From Phycisphaeraceae bacterium (GTDB lineage: Bacteria; Planctomycetota; Phycisphaerae; Phycisphaerales; Zrk34), in NCBI GenBank assembly GCA_040905565.1, contig JBBDRF010000057.1:1-26725 (forward strand): a stretch of 26,725 nucleotides of DNA. The letters run 5' to 3'. Positions 18,392-26,725 of this stretch are shown here, piece after piece. How positions within the stretch are numbered: position 1 is the first letter of the stretch; each line of letters begins with the position of its first letter. The notes under the pieces are model-generated. The model saw only the letters and a list, made by a program, of their open reading frames with translations, had not been told where the DNA came from and ran no database searches. The translations under genes were made by a program, and so were the position numbers.

Positions 18392-18933
18392 TGCGGCGAC
18401 GGGCGTTCACGATGGTCGAGATGCTGGCGGTCGTCGTGCTGCTGGGCATCATCGCTGCAGGCACCGCGTGGTCGCTGGCGGATAACGCGCAGCAGCGCTC
18501 CCACGCCGACCTCGTCGCGCAACTCGACCACGCTGACGAGATGGCTCGCGCCGCAGCGGCCCGCCTCGGACGACCATGCATTCTTCGCATCGACCTCGAT
18601 CAGCAGCGGGTGCAGCGTGTCGTCGAAACGCAGGACGATCAGCACGCGGCGCAGACGACGACGGTAAGGTTTCCGCACCGCATCGAAAGTGTGATGGTCG
18701 CAGGCGCGCAGCGTCACGCCGCGCTGGTCGAAAGCAGGAGCGTGGCGATTACCTACTCCACCGCTGGGCTCAGCCCCAGCTACGCAGTTCGAATCGTCAC
18801 GTCGGGCGAGACGGAGCAAACATTGTGGCTGCTTGTCGCAGGTCTAACAGGACAGGCCATGGTGATGGACAATGAAGATGAGATTAGAGACATTTTCGAG
18901 ACGCTCACGCCGGGCGGGCCTGACGCTGATTGA
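18391..18933 (+). CDS. gspH: Minor pseudopilin, GspH-like
   Basis: Prepilin site A|FTMVEMLAVVVLLGI, located directly after gspG. Confidence 0.75.
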   Translation: MRRRAFTMVEMLAVVVLLGIIAAGTAWSLADNAQQRSHADLVAQLDHADEMARAAAARLGRPCILRIDLDQQRVQRVVETQDDQHAAQTTTVRFPHRIESVMVAGAQRHAALVESRSVAITYSTAGLSPSYAVRIVTSGETEQTLWLLVAGLTGQAMVMDNEDEIRDIFETLTPGGPDAD

Positions 18934-19333
18934 GGTCGTGGCCGCGGTGGCCATCCTCGGCGTTATCCTTGTCGGCACGGTGCTGGCGAACGCGCGTCAC
19001 ACGCGACAGCTTGCGCTCGCCGAGCAACGCTCTGCCGCGATCAGGGCGACCGATGCCCTGTTGATGCAGTGGTGGTCTAGCCCCGATGGCATCCCCGTCA
19101 ACGAACGCGGCGCTGTCGCTGATTCCGATGGCCTGACCTGGCGCACAAGCGTTGTCGCCGATAGAGCCATTGAGCAACTGGAGGCGCAGGTTGTTCAGGT
19201 GGCGATCCATCAGTCAGGCGAGGCGATGATGCGCCTGGGTCTTGCTGCCGGTGAGCCGTTGCTGATCGTGGAAGTGATCCTCCCGAAGCCGCCGGCCGAC
19301 CAAGCGGAAGCCGGTGTGATGGAGCAGCCATGA
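18872..19333 (+). CDS. gspI: Minor pseudopilin, GspI-like
   Basis: Prepilin site G|LTLIEVVAAVAILGVI, with a W-R-T-S-V beta region and the expected position in the cluster. Confidence 0.75.
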   Translation: MKMRLETFSRRSRRAGLTLIEVVAAVAILGVILVGTVLANARHTRQLALAEQRSAAIRATDALLMQWWSSPDGIPVNERGAVADSDGLTWRTSVVADRAIEQLEAQVVQVAIHQSGEAMMRLGLAAGEPLLIVEVILPKPPADQAEAGVMEQP

Positions 19334-19857
19334 ACGCCTCGCGTGCTTTCACACTGTTGGAACTGTTACTGGCCACGGCGATCAGCGCAATGCTGATGGT
19401 CGGGGTGCTGTCGGTCATCACCACCCTTGGAGCGGACTCTGTCGGTCCCGCAGAATCCAGAAACCAGCGCGTGTCGCGCGATGAGATACTGCACCGCTGG
19501 ACGCAGCTGTTGCGGCACGATCTGGGGCACGCCCGAACGATCGAGCCGCCTGTTGAAAACACCATTACGCTGCTCGGGTACGCCGCTCTGACCGGTCCAG
19601 CCCGTGATCGGGTGCATCGGCCCGTCGAGGTGGTCTACGAACTGGCATCGCAGGCCGGGCGGTCGTGGGTGGTGCGCCGTCAGCGAGCGCTGGACACGCT
19701 CACCAATCGCGTCACAGAGCGTGACCTGGTATGCGGCGGCGTCAGAGCGTTCCGGCTCACCCACACCGAAAAGCAATGGCGTGTTCAGGTCTGGCTCGAT
19801 GAGGACCCGCAGCCGGTGCAGCACACCATCATGGTCGAACGCGGGGTGACGCCGTGA
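19330..19857 (+). CDS. gspJ: Minor pseudopilin, GspJ-like
   Basis: Prepilin site A|FTLLELLLATAISAML, plus LLRHDL and VVYEL...VVRRQ. ATGA overlap with the upstream gene. Confidence 0.78.
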   Translation: MNASRAFTLLELLLATAISAMLMVGVLSVITTLGADSVGPAESRNQRVSRDEILHRWTQLLRHDLGHARTIEPPVENTITLLGYAALTGPARDRVHRPVEVVYELASQAGRSWVVRRQRALDTLTNRVTERDLVCGGVRAFRLTHTEKQWRVQVWLDEDPQPVQHTIMVERGVTP

Positions 19858-20819
19858 CGCGATCCCCCCGCAAAAGCGGATTCGTCTTGCTGATGACCTT
19901 GGCGCTGGTCGTGCTGGCGGGGGTGACGCTGGCGGCGACGGCGCGGCGGAGCACCCTGGCCGCCGTTGCTTGTGAATCGGCGACGCAGCGCCTGCAGCGG
20001 CGGTGGGCCGTGACCACTTGCGAAGCCACCCTGCTACCGCGTGCAGCCTGGGCCATGGAGGCAGCGGAACGCGGCCGTGACTCCCTTACCGAAGGTCTTC
20101 AGCCGCAGACCTATGAGCATCCGCCGATGCAACGCGTCAACCTCACCGTCACGCTCGCCGACATCACCTATCGCATCGCCATCACCGACGAACAGGCCAA
20201 GGTGAACGTCAATCGTATGCTCGAGAGCGCCAGCCGCTCCGACGCCGAGTCCGAGCTTTCGAACTTGCTACGCAGCAGCGACACGTCATGGCCGCTCTCC
20301 TCACGACTGGCACTGCGCCCGGTCGTCGAGGACTCCGCCGTAACCGGGCGCGGTGACGCACTCGCCCCCGTCGGCGCGTATGGTCAGATCTTCCGTGAGG
20401 TCACGCCGAGAGAACTCCTTGGCGACGCTGACGAGGACGGCTTCGCAAGCCTGATCACTTGCTGGGGTAACGGCCGCGTAAATGTTCGGCGGGCGACTGA
20501 TTCAGTCATCCGCCAGGTGTGCCAGCGCAAGGTATCGCCTCTCATCGTGAGCGCCCTGCTGAGAGTCCGGCAGCGGGATCGCTACGAACCGTTAGACACC
20601 ATGCTCAGCGAAATGGATCGTGTCAATTTCGAGGAGAAACAGCAGCTGCGGGAGATGCTGACCGAGCAGTCGACCTGCTACGGCCTATGGATCGTGGCCG
20701 AGGGATCGCAGCGGGTATGGCATCATTTCACTGTCGCGGTCGTCGCCCCTGATCTCTCCGACGATGGGGAGCAGGAGATCGACCAGGACGTCTCGCAGAA
20801 GGATCGGTTCACATGGTGA
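19854..20819 (+). CDS. gspK: Minor pseudopilin GspK
   Basis: G|FVLLMTL lacks Glu5, as is typical of GspK. The ITDEQAKVNVN and GRVNVRRA motifs are present. Confidence 0.88.
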   Translation: MTRSPRKSGFVLLMTLALVVLAGVTLAATARRSTLAAVACESATQRLQRRWAVTTCEATLLPRAAWAMEAAERGRDSLTEGLQPQTYEHPPMQRVNLTVTLADITYRIAITDEQAKVNVNRMLESASRSDAESELSNLLRSSDTSWPLSSRLALRPVVEDSAVTGRGDALAPVGAYGQIFREVTPRELLGDADEDGFASLITCWGNGRVNVRRATDSVIRQVCQRKVSPLIVSALLRVRQRDRYEPLDTMLSEMDRVNFEEKQQLREMLTEQSTCYGLWIVAEGSQRVWHHFTVAVVAPDLSDDGEQEIDQDVSQKDRFTW

Positions 20820-21343
20820 ATCACCGACAGGTTAAACGATCGCTCGTCGCAGGCATCGCCATCAGCCTTCTGCTCACTGTCGCCGTGTTGGCCAGCGGGC
20901 TGATGCTGCCGATTGCGGTCGACGTGGAACAGCCGACGACAACCGCCCCGCGCGCGGGCACACCGACCCATGATCGTTCGACCTCGCAGCCTACCGCCGT
21001 GCCGCTGGAGGCGCTTCTTCGTGTTACGACCCGCAATTGGCGTCAACCGCTCTTTGATGTGACCGAGACCACCCCGGAAGACACGCAGCAGCAAGCGCCG
21101 AGGCCTGCATCCGCTGTCCCCATGACCGTACAGCTGATGGGGACGGTCATCGAGCACGGCCGATCGATGGCGCTGCTTCGCAAAACCGATGGCACGATCG
21201 CCATCTGCAGCGAGGGCGAAACCGTCGACGACAGCGGCGGTCCGGTTCTGGTCGAGCGCGTCGAGGCAAACAGCGTCACCGTGCACTACGCCGGCGCTGC
21301 ACGCACGCTGGAGCTGCCCGTTACACCCGCAGGTGGGAGTTAG
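20813..21343 (+). CDS. Short GspC/PilP-like protein (TM + linker + HR domain, no PDZ)
   Basis: One TM helix, a Pro/Thr linker, RQPLF, then VQLMGTVIEHGRSMALL...SEGETV...VERVEANSVTV, which resembles the GspC HR domain. Confidence 0.65.
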   Translation: MVNHRQVKRSLVAGIAISLLLTVAVLASGLMLPIAVDVEQPTTTAPRAGTPTHDRSTSQPTAVPLEALLRVTTRNWRQPLFDVTETTPEDTQQQAPRPASAVPMTVQLMGTVIEHGRSMALLRKTDGTIAICSEGETVDDSGGPVLVERVEANSVTVHYAGAARTLELPVTPAGGS

Positions 21344-21346
21344 CAC

Positions 21347-22681
21347 ATGAACCCAGTGACGCTCTTGATCGAGGGACACGAAGCATGGCGCGTCGGCACA
21401 GTGTGCGACGGCCAGCCGCGGGCCTTCAAGCTTGTATGTGAACAGGAGCCGACGCTGCGGGAGCAGGTCGCCGCCCTGCGTGAATATCTAACGCAGCACG
21501 ATGCGCAAGGCCCCGTCGTGCTCGCAGTCGGTTCGGCGCAATGTCTCTCAGCAGCGATCTCAACGCAGGACCTCGGACGCAGCGCGCGTCGGCGGGCGAT
21601 GCACTTTCAGCTCGAGGAACATCTGCCGACCTCGACCGAACAGGTCGTCGCTGACTACATCGAACACAGCGGCGACATGGCGCTCGGGATCTGCAGCGAG
21701 ATTCAGCCACTGCAGGAGATTGTGGAGGCGCTGGAGGAAGCCGACATCGAGGTCGCGGGGATCTGCCCCACCGCCGTCCTTATCGCCGGTCACGCTGCCG
21801 CCGTGCAGCCGCATGCGGCCGGCCTCTGCATCATCAGCTCAGCTGGTTTCGATCTGATCGCTCTTCGCGACGCGAGGCCCGCCGCCTGGTGGTGGTTTCC
21901 CCCGGCCGACGAGGCGGGCTGGCGGCAGCTGCGTAGCTGGAGCACCGCACAGGCAGACGGCCGCGAACTGCTCGTGATCGACGACAACCAAACGCCCCTT
22001 GAAGAGGTACCCGGCGTCACCATTCGCCAGCTTGATCAGTTAACTGTCGACGAGGCGGCGACGCTTCACGCCGGGCCGATGCTCCTCGGTAAATCGGACG
22101 CGACTGTTAATCTGCGATGTGACGCACTCGCTGCCGCGAGCGGTTACGAGAAGTATCGTCGGACGTTCAATCTGCTCGTCGCCGCGGTCGCGATCATGCT
22201 TCTATGCACGGCCGGCGTCTCTCACTGGCGTGCTGCAGGGTATCGGCACCTGGGCGACCAGTATGTACAACAACAGGTGGAGGTTTTCCGATCGGTCATG
22301 CCCGAACAGCGTCTGCCGGGCAGCATTCAGCGTCGGCTCGCGAGCGAACATGAAAAACTGAGGGGGCTCGATGAGGCCAACTCGGCCGACGGCGGCGCGG
22401 AGGGGCCATCGGCATTGGTGCAACTGTATCGCGTGCTCGATCACCTCCCGGAGGATCTGCGGTATCGGTTGCTGGAGATGAGCATCGAGCCGCGCGTGCT
22501 CCGTATCAGCGGTGAAGCCAGGAATTACGCCGACGCCGAACGGATCGCCCTATCACTGAGGGACGACACGCTGTACGACGTGCAACTTCCGCAGACTCAG
22601 GCGCTGCGAGAAGACGGAGTAACTTTCTCTTTCACGGCTGAGCCGCGGCCGTCCTCCCGATCCACTGGAAGTGAACCATGA
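21347..22681 (+). CDS. gspL: Type II secretion protein GspL
   Basis: Cytoplasmic domain (AMHFQLEEHLP...VVADY), VNLR motif, a single TM, and a periplasmic ferredoxin-like region (LRISGEARNYADAERI). Confidence 0.82.
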   Translation: MNPVTLLIEGHEAWRVGTVCDGQPRAFKLVCEQEPTLREQVAALREYLTQHDAQGPVVLAVGSAQCLSAAISTQDLGRSARRRAMHFQLEEHLPTSTEQVVADYIEHSGDMALGICSEIQPLQEIVEALEEADIEVAGICPTAVLIAGHAAAVQPHAAGLCIISSAGFDLIALRDARPAAWWWFPPADEAGWRQLRSWSTAQADGRELLVIDDNQTPLEEVPGVTIRQLDQLTVDEAATLHAGPMLLGKSDATVNLRCDALAAASGYEKYRRTFNLLVAAVAIMLLCTAGVSHWRAAGYRHLGDQYVQQQVEVFRSVMPEQRLPGSIQRRLASEHEKLRGLDEANSADGGAEGPSALVQLYRVLDHLPEDLRYRLLEMSIEPRVLRISGEARNYADAERIALSLRDDTLYDVQLPQTQALREDGVTFSFTAEPRPSSRSTGSEP

Positions 22682-23190
22682 ACGAAGCCCGAAAACATGC
22701 ACTGCTGTACGGGATGCTGCTGGTGATGCTCGCCGTTGCCGCGGTGTGGAACTTCACGGCGATGACCGAGCAGCGTGCCCTGGCGCACGCCCAAGCGGAG
22801 GATCTGCTTGTGTGCGCCACACTCGCCGATCAGATCAAGACCCTGCGAACCGGACCTGGTGTCGCCAGCAGCGAGGCGAAGAACGTTCAGGAACTGGGCC
22901 AGCGCATCGAAGCCGCATCGCAGCAGGCGGGCCTTTCCGGGGAGTTGGTGGGCGTTGCGTGGCAGAACGCCAGCCGCATCGGCGAAACCGACTATGTCCG
23001 CAAGCCCGTTCGGCTTTCACTGCGAGGCGTCTCGCTGCCCCAGATGACCACGTTTCTGCATCATGTCACCAACGCGTCGGCTGTCGCCGTACGCGACCTG
23101 CGCATCAGCGGGCGAAACGACGCCAGCGAGACCTGGCAAGCCGAGGCTGCGCTTACGTCGCTCGTCTATCAGCCTCTCCCGGAGGAATGA
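22678..23190 (+). CDS. gspM: Type II secretion protein GspM-like
   Basis: N-terminal TM, coiled region and VRLSLRGVSLPQMTTFL. ATGA overlap after gspL. Confidence 0.75.
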   Translation: MNEARKHALLYGMLLVMLAVAAVWNFTAMTEQRALAHAQAEDLLVCATLADQIKTLRTGPGVASSEAKNVQELGQRIEAASQQAGLSGELVGVAWQNASRIGETDYVRKPVRLSLRGVSLPQMTTFLHHVTNASAVAVRDLRISGRNDASETWQAEAALTSLVYQPLPEE

Positions 23191-23789
23191 CCATCACCGT
23201 CAAACTGCTCTCCCTGATTCTGCTCAGTTTATGTTTATCCGCCGCCGGCTGTGTCGGCGATGGCCCCGCTTACGATCGGGCTGACGCGTATCGCACGGTT
23301 GATACCGCGCCGCGCCGAAACACCGATGTCGCCAAGCGCGAGAATCAGACAGGGGTAAAGCACCTTGAAGCGGGGGATTTGGGCAAGGCCGCCGACGCAT
23401 TCAACCACGCGCTCACAGCCGACGTCGCATTCGGGCCCGCCCACAACAACCTCGGCAAGATCTACCACCACCGCGAGGACTGGTATCGCGCTGCCTGGGA
23501 ATTCGAATATGCTGCCAAACTGATGCCCGAGCACGGCGGCCCGCACAACAATCTCGGTCTCGTCCTCGAGCAGGTGGGGTCACTCGACCGCGCCGTCGCC
23601 GCCTATGAGCAGGCGGTGGCGCTGGACCCGGAGAACCTCGCCTATGCTGCGAATCTGGCGCGGGCGCTGATCCGCCGTGGCGATCGCACTGAACAGACGC
23701 GAGCGCTACTCCAACGGCTGCTTGAACAAGAAACTCGACCGCAATGGGTCCGCTGGGCGCGTCAACAGATGCTCCTGTTTACTCAGTAG
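23187..23789 (+). CDS. TPR lipoprotein, candidate pilotin (PilF/PilW-like)
   Basis: ATG 23187 overlaps the gspM stop. It has the lipobox AAG|C and TPRs AHNNLGKIY, PHNNLGLVL and YAANLARAL. The track ORF's extension to 22671 is spurious. Confidence 0.8.
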   Translation: MTITVKLLSLILLSLCLSAAGCVGDGPAYDRADAYRTVDTAPRRNTDVAKRENQTGVKHLEAGDLGKAADAFNHALTADVAFGPAHNNLGKIYHHREDWYRAAWEFEYAAKLMPEHGGPHNNLGLVLEQVGSLDRAVAAYEQAVALDPENLAYAANLARALIRRGDRTEQTRALLQRLLEQETRPQWVRWARQQMLLFTQ

Positions 23790-23867
23790 ATGGGAAGACA
23801 CGCACGTCAAGCGTTCGGACCCGGCCGATGATCGCTAATGCATCCCGCTCGCCGAATTTTCCAAGCG

Positions 23868-24440
23868 TTACTGATCCGGGTGTCGCGGCTGTTTGGCGGG
23901 CGAGGGGCCTGTTGTTCTGAAAACGTACATGGCCAGCATCGCTGCCCCGAGCGCGCCGATGGCGTCTGCGATCAGGTCCACGGCGACACTCTGGTAGGTC
24001 TGCGGGACGCCGATGCTCCACTCGAAGATTTCCCACAGCCCGCCGACGGCCATGCCCAGGGCCGCCACGTTCAAGGCGAACAGGAGCGTCGCGTATCGAC
24101 CGACGTGGAGCGTCACCGAGCCGTAGACCAGATAGCCTACGGCGAGCGTTCCCGAGAAAGTCGTGAATGCGTGCGTGAAGGGGTCGTAATAGGGCACGCG
24201 GTCCCAGAAATTGAACACCCACCCCAGGCCGTTGAGTACGGCCGCTGCGACGAACAGCATTGAGAACAGCGACGGCAAGCGCGAAGGCAGCATCAGAAAC
24301 GCCACCGCCAGTGATAACAGCGCGGCCAAGCCCGCCAGCCCCCACCACTTTTCCATCACACCCGCGAGAACTGCACAGATGCCCAGGATGACGACGCCCA
24401 CCCACCCTGCCACCTGATAAGCTCTTGCTTCGAAGACCAT
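23868..24440 (-). CDS. Multi-pass membrane protein, DUF2238/VanZ-like
   Basis: GAGGA precedes the ATG at 24440. About 5-6 TM segments, with YYDPFTH, GLWEIFEW and DLIADAIGA motifs. Confidence 0.7.
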   Translation of the reverse strand: MVFEARAYQVAGWVGVVILGICAVLAGVMEKWWGLAGLAALLSLAVAFLMLPSRLPSLFSMLFVAAAVLNGLGWVFNFWDRVPYYDPFTHAFTTFSGTLAVGYLVYGSVTLHVGRYATLLFALNVAALGMAVGGLWEIFEWSIGVPQTYQSVAVDLIADAIGALGAAMLAMYVFRTTGPSPAKQPRHPDQ

Positions 24441-24483
24441 TCTTGTCCTCGGGAGATGCTTGCGGCACTGGGGATCGCGACAC

Positions 24484-25191
24484 TCAGTCCTCCGCGAGCA
24501 CGGCGGTCCGACGGGTGGTTTCGCTGAACACGAACAGCTTGTCGATTGTGTAACGCATGTGCCGATACACCATGCCCTGGCCCGGCACGAAGCCGCCCTC
24601 AAGCGACAGTTGCAGTTGCCCCAGATCCAGATCAACCTGATGATCGACGACCACGAGATACCCTACGCGCTCGCCTGCCTGCGTGTTGAATCGGGAGCGT
24701 GTGACCTGATCCACCTGATGGGAGAAGCGGCCGCTCCTGACCTGCTCGCCGGTCTCCAAGTTGCTGATGCGGGCGATGCCGGTCACCTCCACACGCGCTT
24801 GGGGCACCACGCTTGCGGGGATCAGGCGTACAGCGGGTTGATAATCAATCGCGCGATTTTCCCGCGGCAACTCAAGGCGGAGAACCTCCACTGCACCCGC
24901 CCTCGTGCGGCGAAGGTGCATTACGTTCAGATCGGTCATCGTCAGGACCCAGTCGCCGACCTCGTTCTCCGCCGCACGCCGAAGCGTCAGCGTTACGCGC
25001 TCACCCGCCCGGTCTCCCTCGACGATGCGGAAAGTACGGGTTCGCTCATCCAGCGGCAGCAACTGCTCCCCGGGCACGCGAGGTGTGGCAGGTTCGCCTC
25101 CACCGCGCTCGGGCACCGGGGTCTGCCCCGCACCAAGAATCGCCCCAGTCGCGATCACGATGATGATGCCGGGAATCGCCGTCCGTCTCAT
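24484..25191 (-). CDS. Exported beta-rich hypothetical protein
   Basis: A strong SD (AAGGAGG) precedes ATG 25191. It has a signal-like N-terminus (MRRTAIPGIIIVIATGAILGA) and alternating beta-strand patterns. Confidence 0.7.
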   Translation of the reverse strand: MRRTAIPGIIIVIATGAILGAGQTPVPERGGGEPATPRVPGEQLLPLDERTRTFRIVEGDRAGERVTLTLRRAAENEVGDWVLTMTDLNVMHLRRTRAGAVEVLRLELPRENRAIDYQPAVRLIPASVVPQARVEVTGIARISNLETGEQVRSGRFSHQVDQVTRSRFNTQAGERVGYLVVVDHQVDLDLGQLQLSLEGGFVPGQGMVYRHMRYTIDKLFVFSETTRRTAVLAED

Positions 25192-25253
25192 GATTTTCCT
25201 CCTTCCTTGGATGCTACGACTGGAGCCGTACCGCACACCAATGGGGCGGGACC

Positions 25254-25760
25254 CTATCCGTCTCCCGGCGCATCCCCCGCAGTGTCCAGCCGATCAACAA
25301 GCTCGACGGTCAGCGTGTTCACGCGCCAGTGCACCTCCTGACCGATCCGGATCGCCTCCCTGGTGCGTGCGATCGGCTCCCGCTCATCGACGGGCACAAT
25401 GAATATTTCGCCGAACAGCACGTGGCCGTTCTCCCGCATGCGGAGGTCAAGATTACGCACCCAAGGCAGCTGTTGCAGGCGATCCTTAACCTTCGCCGGC
25501 ACAGGATCGACGCCCTTCAGACGGGCTGATTGCGGCCGGCGGTCGATCAGATCGCCGATCACCGCGTTCAACGTACGCCAGCCATCGTGCAGCCCCCGCG
25601 ACGCCGCCGTTGGGGTACTGCGTCCACGGGGGATTTTTATGATGCCGACAATTAGCGCGTCCTGCCTGGCCCTCGCAAGCGTCTGCTCCGGGTCCTGAAA
25701 AAGCTCCTCGCATCCTGACAGCCAAGCCAGCAGAATGATCATCGGCAGGAACTGGCGCAT
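25254..25760 (-). pseudogene. Chimeric remnant: N-terminus of a substrate-binding lipoprotein fused to the C-terminal domain of a cation-diffusion-facilitator (CDF) transporter
   Basis: Lipobox LSG|C and DPEQTLARAR..LIVGII, whose natural continuation NPPWTQYPNGGVAG lies in another frame. The distal part (LHDGWRTL..VIGDLID...LPWV...LRMRENGHVLFGEIFIVP) resembles a CDF C-terminus. Confidence 0.6.
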
Positions 25761-25916
25761 GCCACCATGCTATCGGGGCGCGCGTGGAGACCGCCTCGGG
25801 GAAACGTTCAATGGTGATGCGTCGACGGCGCGTATCATCCACAGCCCTACACTCAGTAGGTGGTGAGACGTGCCGGACCTGTCGGAGCGTCGCTGATCGG
25901 TCGCTGAGGGGGGAAT

Positions 25917-26687
25917 ATGTGGATTGTGCTTTCGATCGTGCTTGCTGTGATCGTGACGGTCGTGGTCGTTCTGGTGGTGCTGAATCTAAGCACGGAAGAG
26001 CGGAAGGTCGTTGAAACGCTCCATCCCGACTACGCCGTCGGCGATCCACAATTCGACCGGTCAATGGGCGGCCTGCTCGAACCCCCACTGGTTGACGGCA
26101 ATCTCATTCAGCCGCTGATTAACGGTCATGAGATCTTTCCCGCGATGCTGGAGGCCATCGCCCAGGCCCGGCAAACGATCACGATGGAAACTTACATCTA
26201 TTGGTCCGGAGCGGTGGGCAAGCGGTTCGCCGATGCGCTCTCAGAACGGGCGCAGGCCGGCGTTGCCGTGCACGTGCTGCTGGACTGGACAGGCTCGCAG
26301 AAGATCGATCAGACTCACCTTCGGCAGATGCGCCACGCAGGTGTGGAGGTCGACAAGTTTCATCGCCCGCGCTGGTACAACCTCGGACGAATCAACAACA
26401 GAACGCACCGCAAGCTGCTCATCGTGGACGGCGAGGTGGGTTTCACAGGTGGCGTCGGCATCGCGGATCAATGGGCCGGTGATGCCGATTCGCCGACGCA
26501 CTGGCGTGACACGCACTTCCGCGTGGAAGGGCCGGTGGTGGCGCAGATGCAGGCTGCCTTTGTCGAAAACTGGCTGCGGGCGCGGGCCGAGGTCCTGCAT
26601 GGGCAAGCATACTTCCCTCAGCTGTACGAAAGGGGTGATCAACGGGCGCAGATGTTCAAAAGCTCCGCGCTGGTGATCGGCATGTAA
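25917..26687 (+). pseudogene. cls: Cardiolipin synthase / phospholipase D family gene, truncated after the first HKD domain
   Basis: N-terminal TM, NGHEIFPAMLEAI, ETYIY, NNRTHRKLLIVDG..GFTGG and WRDTHFRVEGP. Homology stops at QMFKSS (~26670), and there is no second HKD motif. Confidence 0.88.
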
Positions 26688-26725
26688 ACGGGACCCACCT
26701 CGGCGCCGAATTGGTACCCACCTGG
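26671..26725. mobile_element. Probable terminal end of an IS21-family insertion sequence (runs off the window)
   Basis: It begins with TG at 26671, right where cls homology ends. Two tandem 23-bp imperfect repeats follow, TCGGCATGTAAACGGGACCCACC (26677-26699) and TCGGCGCCGAATTGGTACCCACC (26700-26722), 16/23 identical. This matches IS21-family end architecture. Confidence 0.7.

Noticed and set aside
22671..23186. 372-aa version of the final TPR ORF
   Set aside because: The upstream part overlaps gspM and looks non-coding. ATG 23187 gives a lipoprotein signal.
15065..23789. Type IV pilus or Tad interpretation of the pilin cluster
   Set aside because: The GspG DPWG/GADG motifs, GspK lacking Glu5, GspL/M and absence of PilT indicate a T2SS.
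24460..25341. 293-aa plus-strand ORF
   Set aside because: It is antisense to 24484-25191, which has the SD and signal peptide.
25761..25811. Minus-strand sigma70 promoter (TAGCAT 6 nt before ATG 25760, possibly leaderless)
   Set aside because: The only TTGAAC-like -35 is about 33 nt away, which is not enough support.
26677..26722. CRISPR array start
   Set aside because: The two units are directly adjacent with no spacer and only 16/23 identical, and no cas genes are present. An IS end fits better.

Overview
This GC-rich bacterial window is probably from the PVC superphylum, an inference from two protein signatures. Bases 1-23789 form one uninterrupted plus-strand cluster with many overlapping stop/start codons. 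It encodes a TIGR02597-like surface protein with an in-frame TAG, a secreted beta-helix-type protein (ElpS-like) with an extra C-terminal module, and an unknown alpha-helical exported protein. These are followed by a ~1005-aa TonB-dependent receptor split by a +1 frameshift, a six-gene TtpB/TtpC/ExbB/ExbD/TonB/TtpD-type energiser, and a type II secretion system (gspD-E-F-G-H-I-J-K-C-L-M plus a TPR lipoprotein; no gspO seen). My main hypothesis is a dedicated 'secrete-and-recapture' nutrient-scavenging module, possibly phosphate-starvation regulated, since 11-bp-phased AACAC repeats lie upstream of the cargo gene. The last 3 kb is a decaying region: two minus-strand hypotheticals, a chimeric substrate-binding-protein/CDF remnant, and a cardiolipin synthase cut by what looks like an IS21-family end. 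All family assignments come from motif recognition by eye, not database searches.
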